Part shown: in pieces, positions 1-29,364 of the stretch
How positions within the stretch are numbered: position 1 is the first letter of the stretch
How the letters are laid out: each line of letters begins with the position of its first letter
Assembly: GCF_009914755.1 (NCBI RefSeq)
Contig: NC_060925.1
Source of the DNA: the human T2T-CHM13v2.0 reference genome, Homo sapiens
Strand: one strand, 5' to 3'
DNA: 64,000 bases
Program-made: the position numbers and the translations under genes
The notes under the pieces: generated by a model
What the model was told of the DNA's origin: nothing
Seen by the model: only the letters and a program-made list of their open reading frames with translations
Database searches by the model: none

Positions 1-27
1 CATCTCGGAAAAAAAAAAAAAAAAAAA

Positions 28-110
28 GCCCAGACTTCACAACCAGGCAATATATCCATGTAACAAAACTGCACTTGTACCCCTTAAATTTATACAAATA
101 AATACATAAA
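28..110 (+). mobile_element. L1 3' end fragment (L1PB/L1MA-like)
   Basis: CATGTAACAAAACTGCACTTGTACCCCTTAAAT resembles an L1 3' terminus. Confidence 0.7.
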
Positions 111-528
111 TGCTATGACTGAAGTAAAACAGGATAACTGTTTGCTGTCAACTTTGGGTGAATGGCTAACAAAGACTGAGCCACTGGGGAGGGGCTCACC
201 AAGGACTGTGACCTCAATAACAAGAAAGCACTAGCTATTTAAAGACAATGAAATGGGAGTGGGGCAGGGATTTGGAAAAAATTTAAAAATAAAAAATGAA
301 ATTAAAAGACAATAAAATGGGCAGGGGCACAAAGTCCTGGCACAAGGAACAGTAAATACAAAGACCTGAAAGAATAAGTTTGGCACGAATAAGGTACAAC
401 ATGGCTGAACCAAGGAGGAGGGTCAGGAAATGAAGAAGGAAGGTAGGGACCAGACCATAGGCCTCGTGAAACATAGGATGGAGTTATGATTTTTTCCAAC
501 TGAAACAGTAAACCACTGGAGGGTTTCA

Positions 529-2810
<2,282 letters not shown>

Positions 2811-3036
2811 GAAGAAGAAAACCACCCAAAGGTATTAGCTGCTCTGGGTGGACCCCTCTGGTCACCACCATCCACCTATACTCTTAAGTCAATTCAATGT
2901 TCACACAACACACAGGACACATTTGTGATTCAGGGCGTCTTCGCCAGCTGTTACCTATGGTAAGAACTGCATGGTTCACTCCCTTACCTTCTTCAAGGCT
3001 TTATTCAATTGCCACTTTCTCAGTGATCTTCCCTGA

Positions 3037-3413
<377 letters not shown>

Positions 3414-3761
3414 GTACTTACTACTTTCGAACACGATTTCATGAATTACCTGAGGCTTATTGCCCGACTCCCCGCACTAGCTTGGAAGCTCCACGAGGGC
3501 AGGGAGTTTCATCTGTTCACCGATGGATCCCCAGTCCCTAACCCAAAAGCCCCAGCACGTCTCTTCCTACCCGCCCCGGCCTCCTGGCTCGGTCTTCCCG
3601 GGACACATCGCCCTTCCCAACACACGCGGTCACCGCGATCCACAGACCCCGTCCCCCGCCCGCCACGTGATTCCTTCTCCAGCCTCTCAGAGGTCGCAGA
3701 CCAGACCTCTCCGGGCACGTCCCTCCCCGACGCGTCGCCGGGCTGCGCTGGAGCCGCTCAC

Positions 3762-3867
3762 CGTCCGGGTCCTTCTCGTGGTAGCAGTGGTAGTTGCACT
3801 CCACCTCCATGTTCTCCAAAAAGGACTTGACCTGCTCCTCATCCTGGAAGTCCACCATGCCGGCCAT
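3762..3867 (-). CDS. COA7: COA7 (SELRC1) exon 1 coding part, cytochrome c oxidase assembly factor 7; the gene continues beyond the left edge of the window
   Basis: Minus-strand ATG at 3867 in strong context (AACCATGG) encodes MAGMVDFQDEEQVKSFLENMEVECNYHCYHEKDPD(G), recognised as the COA7 N-terminus. It is 106 nt long, ends at a G|GTGAGC donor (phase 1) and lies inside a CpG island. Confidence 0.97.
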
Positions 3868-4489
3868 GGTTCGCGCCGGCCCAAAGACGGTCACGTGAGC
3901 CGGCGGAGGGGGCGGGGCGGGGCGTGGGGCTGACGCCGACGCCAACCGCGGCGCTCTCCCGGGATCCCGGGGCGAGCCAAGCGAGCCTGTGCTTCCCAGC
4001 AGCCATCGCGCCGTTAAGGGCGCTGGCAGCCACGCTTCCAGGGCTACCGCCTTCCTGAAACTGGGGGCTGTCTCTCTGCAGCACCTTATCTATGCTCGCT
4101 TTGTAGCCTTAGTGATTTTCCACCTGCAGTCATTTATCTATGTATAATCCCTAAGCGCCTACTGTGTGCCTCACCAGTGCATTGTTCTAGGGATATGACA
4201 GCTAGGAATATGGTCCCTGCCTTCAAAGAACTTGGAGTTCAATAGGAAGACATTCGCTTATCCATTCAGCAAGCATTTAGAGGAGCTTCTATATGTGCCA
4301 GGTGTAGCTGGACAAAGTGCAGTGAGCAGTCTGATTCATCTGTCTTCTTCCCAGACCTGTCTTGGCCACCAACATGAATTACCTAAGCAATGAATGGCTA
4401 TGGGAGATGTTGACTGGAACACAGTAGCAGTGAAGGGTGTAGCAACGTCACTGTTATAACACCTAGTACTCAAACAGTGCTGAACTTTG

Positions 4490-4905
<416 letters not shown>

Positions 4906-5197
4906 CTAGCTCTTTGGGAGGCTCAGGCAGGAGAATTGCTTTAACCTGGGAGGTGGAGGTTGCAGTGAGCCGAAATTGTGCCATTGCATTCCAGCCTGGG
5001 CGACAAGAGCGAAAAAGAATGAATGAGGTAGAAAAGGAACATGTCAAGGAGATGGGGAGGAGGAGAGGAAATTTACCTACATTTTGCTTTGTTTTCCTGC
5101 TCCTGTTCCTGCTAAGAATCATCAGTTCCATAAAGCTTAGATGGAAAGTTCTCCTAAGACAGCCACTTCCTATTCATCTTTTTTTTTTTTTTTTTGA

Positions 5198-5521
<324 letters not shown>

Positions 5522-6602
5522 TGAATTCTCAATGGAGCTAAATCCATGGCTTCCCATCGCCTATAACAATGCTTTCCAAATGGCTCCATTATTAAGCTAT
5601 CCCCAATGGCAGCAAAGAATGGACTATTTCCAACCACTTATTTATTGGAAGGCAGCCAATAATGTCTGAAATCCCAGTTTTATTTTTTAAATTCATAGGA
5701 TTTTACATTCATTTCCCCATAATACATCTTTCATAGGATAACAGAAGATTGCCTTTTCTCCCCCAAGCCTTTGAGTAAAATTGACATTCCAGGCAATATA
5801 CCACATTTACCTGTGGTTTCTTATACCCTGATCACCTTAGGGGACTCCTCAGTACACATGGCCCAGGATGGGAATCCTTGAACTTTGGTTTGAGGTCATC
5901 TTCTTTAGGATGGCCTTCAAGACCCTGTGCAATCTGATTCTAGCCTTATTTTCTGCCTCTCTTCCCCCACATCCCACCAACCTTCTGTTCTCTGAATAGA
6001 TCCCAAGTTTGTGTCCCTGTTTACCTCTGCTCTTGATGCCTGGACCACCCTTTTTGACACAAATCGGAAATACTCTCCTATGTAAAGTCTTCCCAGACAC
6101 AACAATTACACACATTCAAATTAGATTTAGATGCTCCCATTTTGGTGTTCCACACCACTTGGTTTATTCTGGTATAGTGTAGTAGGAAAGAAAGAACTGG
6201 CTTTGGAGTGGGGACAGATCTTAGTTCAGAATCCATGTTCCATGTTTATTAAATTGTAACCTTAAACCAATCATGTTTGTGAGTCTGAATCCTCTTCTGT
6301 AAATGCAGATCCATTTGTAATGGCTGTCAGAAGGACTACAAGTTCATGTATGCAATGTGCTTGGCAGAGCGCCTGGCTCAAAGTCATTCCTGTTCCAGGA
6401 ATGTTTCTTGTCATGCCAATAATGGCATGAAAGTCTGTGTTCCCCACCAGACTGTGACCTCTGTGTCCTGTATGCTGGTCACAGGGCCAAGAATAGAATA
6501 GGGCTTGATGATAGAATAGAGCAGGGTGATGTCGATTACTAAAATCTGGGAATGTTTCCCTTTATTTTCTGAGTTGAACTGCATTGAAATGAGATCACCT
6601 GA

Positions 6603-6911
<309 letters not shown>

Positions 6912-7169
6912 TAGAGTGCTTTTCCCCTGTATTTTTTTTTTTTTTGGCTTGCCTTCTTAAGTTCTCTGCTTCAATTTGACATCGTCCATGTGGTCTTAGC
7001 TCATTCTTGTTATAATCACAGTGTCTTGATTGTGCCCAGCAATATTAGGTGCCCAAGTATTGTTGACTGAATTAAGAAGAGGGATTATCATTCCAAATAA
7101 TTTGGTTTTCATTAATGGAACTTAGAATATCACTGACTCTTGCTCTTTTGACCCAGGTTTTTCTTAAAG

Positions 7170-8399
7170 CTATAAGAAACATTAAATGAAGGTCTAATTG
7201 ACATACAGGAAACTGCACATAACTTTAAAGTAACAATTATGAGTTTCTACATATGTATACACCTGTAAACCATTATCACAATCAAGATAATGAGCATATT
7301 CATCACCTCAAAATTTCCTCATGTGACTTTGTACTTCATTCCCTCCCCAGCAACCATTAATCTGCTTTCTGTCACTGAAGATGGGTTGCATTTTGTAGGA
7401 TATTATCTAAATAGAATGATACAGTAAGTACTGTTTCTTTTTGTATAGTTTCTTCGATTCAGCATAATTATTTTGAGATTCATCCATGTTACCACACGTA
7501 TTAATAGTTCATTCTTTTTCTTAGTGAATGACATTTCATGATGTAGATATATCACAATTTGTTTATCCATTTGGGTTTCCAGTTTTTGGCTTACAAATAA
7601 AGCTGCTGTGAATATTTGTGTACGTGTCTTTGTATGGGCATTCATTTCCATTTTTGGGGTTCATACCTAGGAGTGGAATGGCTAGATCATATGGTAGGTA
7701 TATATCTAACTTTAAGAAACACCCAAACTGTTTTCTAAAGTGATTCTACCATTACATTATTACCAGCAGTGTTTGACAGTTCTAGTTGCCCTACATCCTC
7801 ACCATAATTTGATGTGTGGTCAGTCTTTTAAAATTTTAGCCATTATAGTGAATATAACAGTATCTTATCATAGGTTTAGTTTGTATTTTTTTGAGTGACC
7901 AATAATGTTGGCATCTTTTCATGTGCTTATCTGCCATCTGTGTATCTTTGATGACATGTTTGTTAAAATCTTTCGCCCCCTTTTTATTGGATTGTTTTTT
8001 ATTATTGCATTCTAAGAGTTATTTATATATTCAAGTCCGTTATCAGAAGTTTTGCATATATTTTCTCCCAGTTTGGCCTGCCTTTTTTGTTTTTATAACA
8101 GTGTCTTTCAAAACCAAAAGTTTTTCATTTTAATGGTGTGTCTAGTTTATTGATTTTTTTCCTCTTGTTAATAGTTTGTGCTTTTTCTTTCGTATTCAAG
8201 AAGTCTTTGCCAAACCCAAAGTCACTAAGATTTTATCCTATATTTTCTTGTAGAAATTTTATGGTTTAAATCTTATATTTAGAAAGCCTATGATCCATTT
8301 CAGATTAATTTTTGTATGAGGTATGAGATAACAGTTGAGGTTCACTTTATTGCATGTGGGTTTATAATTACTCTAGCACCATTTGTTAGAAAGATTATC

Positions 8400-8400
<1 letters not shown>
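7170..8400 (-). mobile_element. Old L1 (L1M-type) 3' region
   Basis: T-rich, with typical L1M motifs such as ATACCTAGGAGTGGAATGGCTAGATCATATGG. Confidence 0.82.
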
Positions 8401-11525
<3,125 letters not shown>

Positions 11526-13243
11526 AATATGCATTTTACTGAGATCCCCAGGTGACACAGATACACAATAAACTTTAAGAAGCAATGCTGTAAATCACAG
11601 GATACATGCACTGGAATGATTTTGAAAATAATCTTCAACTCCCTCATTTTACAGGTGAGCGCACTGAGCCCAGGAATGAAAGGGACTTGTCTTTCTAAAA
11701 GAGCTGTGTCACCCCCATTTGGAAACCAAAGGCTCCACAATGCCCGCATCCTTAGCTCAGCATTCCAGGCCCTCCCATCTGGCCCCCGCCAACCACTCCA
11801 CTTGCTACTTCCCCACCTATACTAGACAAACCAATCCCTCTGACCCACTCCTCTTCTCTGAACTCCTCAGGCTGTTTTGTCTGTGTGGGCTGCTCTTTCC
11901 ACCTCTCTCCAGTGTCAGTTCAAACTATGTTGCCCGACCACCAGTCCTTGTCTAGGATGCCTTCCTAACCCCTACTGGTTGACAGTGGGCTGTGGTTAGC
12001 CAGCTGAGGGCTCCTCCACTTCCCGAAGCACTGTGGTCATCGCCTGTTTTACCAGACTGGGAGCACCTTAAGGATAGGAACCAAATATGATTTCTTTATT
12101 TGCCTTCCAGGTCCCAACACAGAGTGAAGCACTTTGTAAGTGCTCCGTTTATGCTATGTGGTTAATAACTTATAACAATGCCTCCAGATCTAATTTTTTT
12201 TTTCTTTTTTTTTGAGATGGAGTCTCATTCTGGCCCCCAGCCTGGAGTGCAGTGGCGCGATCTCGGCTCACTGCAACCTCCACCTCCTGGGTTCAAGCAG
12301 TTCTCTACCTCAGCCTCCTGAGTAGCTGGGATTACAGACACCCACCACCACGCCCGGCTAATTTTTTTGTATTTTTTTTTAGTAGAGAGGGGGGTTTCAC
12401 CATCTTGGCCAGGCTGGTCTTGAACTCCTGACCTCACGATCCACCTGCATCAGCCTCCCAAAGTGCTGGGATTACAGGCATGAGCCCCCGCGCCCGGCCA
12501 ACTTTCTGCTTTTAAGACTATGAAATCCCAAAGAGTAGGGACCTGATATTCTCTGCCTGCTCCATCTCATTCATGAGACTCACGTGCCAGAGCACAACGG
12601 GCATGTGTTCACCACCTAAGCTGGCTGGCTCGGCTTCTGATTATAGCCATTCCCATAATGTGTGTGTGGACCCAGCTCACTGCAGCATGCTCATGGAAAT
12701 CCAAATGAGGAAGAAGGGTTGCAACACCAAGGACAAGGAAGGGATCAGGTTTTAGGACAAATCATCTCAAGTCAGGGGTGAGATTTACTGCCTTCTAAAA
12801 AAAGCTCACAAGATTTCAGGCTGTGACCCCAAAAGTCTATTCCTGAGCCCTCCTGCCTGCACATAAAAACTGACACAGTGAGGTGCTCAGCCCATGTTGT
12901 TGAGTGAAAAAATTAATCTGGACTTCTAAATGTAACCAAATACTGACTGTCAGAAAAAAGCAGTTGTGCCAGTAGAGAACTGGAACTAAATGTCACATGG
13001 CATTAAAGTCTACGCCCCTAACCTTTGGCCACAAACCTTGCTATCCGCCCCAGCCTGCCTTTCCAGCTTGTTCTCTTCCCTCCCATACACACTCTTTGAA
13101 CCTCATCCCAAATTATTTGTTGACCCTATAAACATCACCTGCTTTCACGTTCCAGTGCCTTCACACATGTGATTCCCTATGGCTAGAATGCTCTTCCCTC
13201 TCCGTTAATTAAGGTAATTATTTTTCCTTCAAAACCCAGGTCA

Positions 13244-13711
<468 letters not shown>

Positions 13712-14190
13712 CTAGAGTGCAGTGGCTATTTTACAGGCATGACCATAGTGCACTGCAGCCTCAAACTCCTGGACTCAGTCTATCCTCCCGCCTCGGCTTC
13801 CTGAGTAACTGAAACTACAGGCATGAGCCACCACACACAAACATGCTTCTTTTTATAAGAGTACTTACCATGTTCTTTTTCTGTTGTCTTCCTTCCCTTC
13901 CTACTAGACTTGAGTACCTTGAGGGCAGAGCCTGGGTTTTATCTATTTCTGTGTCCTCAGTGTCCAGCACACAGCATGACACAAAGGAGAGGTATTTATT
14001 GAGCACATGCCCAGTGAAAAGAATGTGCAGTAAAAGAGTTATCATCAGTTAGGGAATTTACTCCCACACTGCCAAGGAATTCCTAGTTTAGGAAAGGCTC
14101 TTTTTGTTGGAGAATAAATTATTTACAAGCATCTGACCTCCTAGGAAAAGGCTAGAACAGTGAATAGTAGATGACAGGTGAGAATGACTA

Positions 14191-14972
<782 letters not shown>

Positions 14973-14988
14973 ACAGAGCAGCTGCTGA

Positions 14989-15483
<495 letters not shown>

Positions 15484-15693
15484 TAAGCCACTGTGGCTGG
15501 CCTTGCCAGGTCCTATTTTAAGAGCCTTCTATATGTAATAGTATAAATATATAGTAACTCAGTTAATCTGCTAGATGCTATGAGTTAAGTAAGATTATCA
15601 CGCCAATTTTATAGGTAAAGAAACAGACACGGCTGGGTGTGGTGGCTCATGCCTGTAATCCCAGCACTCTGGGAGGCCGAGGCAGGTGGATCA

Positions 15694-15904
<211 letters not shown>

Positions 15905-16401
15905 CTAAAAAAAAAAGAAAAGAAAAGAAACAGACACACAGATGTGTCACATAAATTCTCTAAGATCACATGGCTAGTAAATGTGGAGCTGGGAGTGAAA
16001 CCCAGGCAGAATGGCTTGCTGTAGAGTCCATGCTCCTAACAAGTACTGTATTCCATGTCACCCCTCCAATAAGAAAATTACATAAAAGTGAAGGTGTCTG
16101 CCCATAATAAGGCATAACAAATATTGACAATAAGAAAGGTAATCCAGTGCCCATAGTTGATGAGATGAAATAAAATGGATTAATATTAAGGAGTAAAATA
16201 TTACCTTATTGCTCCTTTTTAAAATGTCTTAACTATTACATACTCTTGCAACTGGAAGGTTTTCTGTCTGAGGTCTGGGTTAAGATGCCTAAAGGTAAGC
16301 TGGCTTTGCCTTCTCTTGAGGAAATGAAAAGGTTCTTAGCACTTGAGCCAGAGGGCATTTGAGGGACAACAGGATACCATGAAATTAATGCCTTCCAGTC
16401 A

Positions 16402-16619
<218 letters not shown>

Positions 16620-16771
16620 TCAAATCCAGTCAATGCTCCAGAGGAGCTCACAGCCTATTTGGGAAGCAAACGAAAGGCACAATCGCAACAGAGTAGACTC
16701 TTCAGAGGGAAGCTCATGAAAGACAATTAACCTAATTATGGAAGGGTGATCAGGAAAGGCTGTGAGGAGGA

Positions 16772-17134
16772 GATGCCTCAATCTAGTAGTAAATGCAAGT
16801 GGAAGGCACATTTGAAGAAAGCAAGAAAGGGTTTCCTGGTGGAAAGAAAGCCATGAGCAAAATACACAAAGGCTTAAAGTAGCACTATATATTCCAAGAG
16901 CTACGAGTAATTCAGTATAGCTAGAGCAGAGCCAGAAGACATGGAGTGCAAGTGATGCCTCAATCTAGTAGTAAATGCAAGTGGAAGGCACATTTGAAGA
17001 AAGCAAGAAAGGGTTTCCTGGTGGAAAGAAAGCCATGAGCAAATACACAAAGGCTTAAAGTAGCACTATATATTCCAAGAGCTACGAGTAATTCAGTATA
17101 GCTAGAGCAGAGCCAGAAGACATGGAGTGCAAGT
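16772..17134. repeat. Near-perfect tandem duplication, 182 + 181 bp
   Basis: 16772-16953 and 16954-17134 are identical except for one A in an A run. Confidence 0.97.
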
Positions 17135-17187
17135 GTTGATGCTCAAAGCATAGAGACAGGCCAGATGGAAAAGTGCCTCAATTGTCA

Positions 17188-17575
<388 letters not shown>

Positions 17576-17839
17576 CTATAGGAGTTGTAGAGCCATTGAA
17601 AATTCCTGAGGCTGGGCGTGGTGGCTCATGCCTGTAATCCTAGCACTTTGGGAGGCTGAGGCAGGAGGATCATGAGGTCAAGATATCGAGACCATCCTGG
17701 CCAATATGGTGAAACCCCATCTCTACTAAAAATACAAAAATTAACTGAGCGTGGTGGCACGTGCCTGTAGTCCCAGCTACTCGGGAGGCTGAGGCAGGAG
17801 AATCATTTGAAGGTTTGAGCCTTGAGAGAGCTTTAAAGC

Positions 17840-19090
17840 ACATTGAAAGATGCTCAACATCATTACTCATTAGGAAAATGCAAATTAAAACCAAAATGAG
17901 ATACTACTTTGCACCCACTGGGATTACTGTAACAAAAAAGATGAACAATAACAAGTGTTGATGAGGATGTGGAGAAATTGGAACTCTTAGACACCGCTAG
18001 TGGGAATGCAAAATGGTACAGCTGTCTTGAAAAACAGTTCAGCAGTTCACTAAAAAGTTAGAGTTGGCAGGGCATGGTGGCTCACACCTGTAATCCCAGT
18101 ATTTTGGGAGGCCAAGGTGGGCATATCACAAGGTCAGGAGTTTGAGACCAGCCTGACCAACATGGTGAAACCCTGTCTCTACTAAAATTACAAAAATTAC
18201 CCGGGTGTGGTGGTACACACCTGTAATCCCAGCTACTCAAGAGGCTAAGGCAGTAGAGTCACTTGAACCCGGGAGGCAGGGGTTGTAGTGAGCTGAGATC
18301 GTGCCACTGCACTCCAGCCTGGGTGACAAAGTGAGACTCCGTCTCAAAAAAAAAAAATAAGTAAGTTAGAGTTACCACCTGACCCAGCAATTCCACTCCT
18401 AGGTGTATATCCAAGAGAAATGAAGGTAAATATTCACATAAAAACTTGTCCACCAATGTTCATAGCAGCATTATCCATAGTAGCCAAAATTGGAAACACC
18501 CCAAATGTCCATCATCTAATGAATGAATAAACAAAATATGATACCCCCATACAATGGAATATTAGCTATAAAATGGAGTGAAGTTCTGATACATATTGCA
18601 ACATGAATGAATCTTTAAAATATAATGCTAAATGAAAGAAGGCAGATACAAAAGGCAACATATTGGATAATTTCATTAATATTAAATATCCAGAATCGGC
18701 CCTGCGCTAATCTCAGCACTTTGGGAGGCCCAGGCAGGAGGATCCCTTGAGCCCAGGAGTTCAAGACCAGCCTGGGAAACATGATGAAATCTTGTCTCTG
18801 CAAAAACCACAAAAAACTAGCTAGGCATAGTGCTGCACAACTAGTAGACCCAGCTACTCAAAACACTGAAGTGGGAGGATCACCTGAGCCCAGGAGGTCA
18901 AGGCTGCAGTGAGCCCTGGTCATGCCAGTGCACTCCAGCCTAGGTGACAGAGAGAGCTCCTGTCTTGAATATATATATATATATCTCCAGAATAGGCAAA
19001 TCCACAGAAATAGAGTGTAGGTTAGTGGTTATCAGGGGCCACTGAATTGTACACTTTAAAATATTGAGTTTTTTATGGCATGTGAATTAT
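17840..19090 (+). mobile_element. L1MB-like 3' region interrupted by two Alus
   Basis: GAAAATGCAAATTAAAACCAAAATGAGATAC and CCAGCAATTCCACTCCTAGG L1 motifs. Confidence 0.82.
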
Positions 19091-19356
19091 AAAGACTTGC
19101 ACCAGAGTGACCCATGAGGAAAGAACAGCAATGCTGTAAGCTCAGGCTTCAAACAGGGGAACCCATCCTCCTGGAGGGTCATGAAGATTTTCGATGGGGT
19201 ACACAAGCATGAATAATTTTATGGTAATCACTTCCCACAACTCTGATGTGTATACTCTTCCTTAACATTAATCTGCCTGAGAATTTACCTTTCACTTCTC
19301 CACTTTCACAATAGCTTTTCCTTTGCTTTTAAAAGAAAAGCTATACCTTTCACTTA

Positions 19357-19587
<231 letters not shown>

Positions 19588-19929
19588 CTACAGCGAGACT
19601 CTGTCTCAAAAAAAAAAAAGAGAGAGAGGCAGAGAGAGGGTCCAAAGATAAAGATTGTGATGAGTATGTAGAATGTTTTCAGACTTTAGACATGAAATAA
19701 TTTTTAGTTTGACAAGGTTTAGGGCGCAGCCATGGGAGTGGGTGGCTGAAGTGAAAGGGAGACTCATTAGATTCGAGGATGTCAAGGAGCAGAAAGGCCG
19801 GATAGCTGGATGGGTCATTGAGGTGGATGTTCAAGTCACCCAAGCTGTTGTAGGATTGTAATAGCCCAGTTGCTCTCAAACTTTAGTGTGAGTCAGAATC
19901 ACTTGGAAGGCATATTAAAATATAGTTTA

Positions 19930-20223
19930 GCCGGATGCAGTGGCATGCACCTGTAGTCCCAGTTACTTGGGAGGCAGAGGCAGGAGAATCGTTTGAGCAC
20001 AGGAATCCTGGGCTCTAGTGTGCTATGCCAATCAGGTGTCTGCACTAAATTCAGCATCAATGTGGTGATCTCCCAGGAGCAGAGGACCACCAGGTTGCCT
20101 AAGGAAAGGTGAACTGCCAGGTTGGAAATAAAAGAGGCCAAAACTCCTGGGCTGGACAGCAGTGAGATCACGCCTGTGAATAGTCTCTGCACTCCAGCCT
20201 AGGTTACATAGCAAGACCCCATC
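19930..20223 (+). pseudogene. RN7SL62P: Full-length diverged 7SL (SRP RNA) pseudogene; copy number recalled, not verified
   Basis: Alu-like ends enclose the S domain that Alus lack (GTGTCTGCACTAAATTCAGCATCAATGTGGTGATCTCCC...CCACCAGGTTGCCTAAGGA); about 294 nt, with heavy CpG decay. Confidence 0.9.
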
Positions 20224-20272
20224 ACACACACACATCCCTCACACATACACACACACACCACACACAGACACA

Positions 20273-20307
<35 letters not shown>
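20224..20307. repeat. (CA)n microsatellite at the position of the 7SL retrocopy tail
   Basis: Interrupted CA repeats ending in a pure run. Confidence 0.95.
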
Positions 20308-20311
<4 letters not shown>

Positions 20312-21001
20312 ACTGGGCCTTACACCCAGAATTTCTGATTCAGTTGGTCTTGGTGGCCCAGTAATTTGCATTTCTAACAAGCCTCACCTGGGAACAAGGG
20401 TCGGGCCCATACTTTAGCAATTATTGGAGTAGAGTGCAGATTGAGTCAGGCGTCAAGGTCTTCTATGAATGTATTCAGTTGATGACAGCAATGAAGAGGG
20501 AGAGATAGCAACCTTAAATGGTTGATTTAAAATATGACCCTAACACTTGGATGTTTCACCTGGTAGCCAGTTCTTTGCCCACCTTGGCCACATATTTCTC
20601 CCTAACCACAGCAGAAGTTTGGGCAACCTTCAGCTCTCCTCCTTGGTTTTAAACTCTGTGTCCAAGGGCTTTAATTTCCTTTTTTTTTTTTTTTTTACGG
20701 ATGCTATTTTTTTTTTTTTTTTTTTTTTGTATTTTAGTAGAGACAGGGTTTCACTGTGTTGTCCAGGCTGGTCGCGAACTCCTGAGCAATCCGCCCGCCT
20801 CAGCCTCCCAAAGTGCTAGGATTACAGGCGTGAACAACTGCGCCCAGCCAAGGGCTTTAATTTCATATTCTATGGAATACTCTTCACCTTGATGTTTGAA
20901 TCAGAAATAGCTGGAGCCAGCTTTATTCTAAAACCAGCAACTTCAGGGAGAAAAAGCAGACTGAACTGCCAAACTGCTTTCCACCTCCAGAGATTTCACT
21001 A

Positions 21002-25445
<4,444 letters not shown>

Positions 25446-26011
25446 CATTAAGTTGTTTTCAATCTTTTGCTATTACAAATAAGGCTTGAGCATGTGTATA
25501 AATTAAACTTTTAAAAGTGAAATTGCTGAAATAAAAAAAGGGAAATTGCTGGGTCAAAGGGAACATGCATTCAGACAAGTTATAAATGCCACCGTTAAAT
25601 TATCCTCCATAGAAGTTATCCCAATTACACTCCCAACAACAAAATATGAGCATACCTGTTCAACATCACCCCTCCTTTCCACACAGTATCTTATCAATCA
25701 TAGATCTTTGCCAATCTGACAGATGAGAAATGGTAATTTCAAAGAAATTCTAATTTGCCTTTATCTTATTATTATAAGTAAGAGTGAGCATTGAAGAGCC
25801 ATTTCTATTTCTTTTTCTGTGAACTATCAGTTCACATCTTTTGTGCATTTTTCCCCTTGGGTTTTGTTCTTATTGATTTCAGCTCTGAATACAAATATAA
25901 ACATTATTCATTTTCCTATATGAAATGCATACATATATACATATAGTCATTTGTTATCTGACTCTACTTATGGTGACTTTTGCCTTACATTTTTTATTTC
26001 TACATAGCTGA

Positions 26012-28370
<2,359 letters not shown>

Positions 28371-29112
28371 AACTCTAATTTTTAATGACGATTTTCCTCC
28401 ACTACAAGGAAGTCCTTAGGGAAAGTAACTCACAGATCAGACGGAGAGTAAATCATGATTGGTCTAAGCTACTATTGTTGGTCCTATTCTCTTTGGTATT
28501 TATTGGCTTATCCATGGTACTTGAGGGGAAGTCTATTGAGTAACTACTAAGAAAAATTGTAGCTTACTAGACATATAAGGGGATATGTTTAGCTGGCAGT
28601 TAGATATTTAAGTATGAAATTCAGAATGCAGATATAATTTTGGGGTTATCACAGCATAGATAATATTTAAAGTAATGTGTTGGGATAAGATTATCAAGGA
28701 GTGTACATGCAAAAGACAAAAAGTCGAAATATTGAGCCTTGGGGTACTACAGTATTTAGAGGTCAGAGAAATGAGGAGAAACTAGGAGCAGCCAGTGAGA
28801 TAGAAGACCCGAGGGGGTGAAATGTCATGGTAGCCAAGGAGGGGGAAGTAATGAGCTGTGTCTAGTGATGTTGGTAGGTCAAGTAACACGAGGACTGAGA
28901 ATTGACTGGTGTCAGCAAATGGACACCACTAGTGACCTTGACAAGGGCATTTCAGTGGAGTGGAGGAGGTAAAAGCTTAACCAGAGAGGATCTCACCGAA
29001 AATGAGAAAAAGGAAGTCAAGGCCAGGCGAGGTGGCTCATGCCTGTAATCTCAGCATTTTGGGAGGCCAAGGCAGGCAGATTGCTTGAGCTCAGGAGTTC
29101 AAGACCAGCCTA

Positions 29113-29364
<252 letters not shown>

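Larger units (their letters stand above)
19864..20430. mobile_element. MER5A-like hAT element split by the 7SL retrocopy
   Basis: CTCTCAAACTTTAGTGTGAGTCAGAATCAC on the left and TTTCTGATTCAGTTGGTC...TTTGCATTTCTAACAAG on the right; short repeat AGTTTA on both sides of the insert. Confidence 0.75.

Noticed and set aside
3538-3945. 135-aa ORF containing the COA7 N-terminus
   Set aside because: Starts at TTG and reads through the donor at 3761 into the intron; only 3762-3867 is coding.
16205-16315. Possible minus-strand cryptic exon (pyrimidine tract-AG ... AAG|GTAATA)
   Set aside because: No recognisable protein and stop codons in the frames examined; splice-like motifs alone are insufficient.
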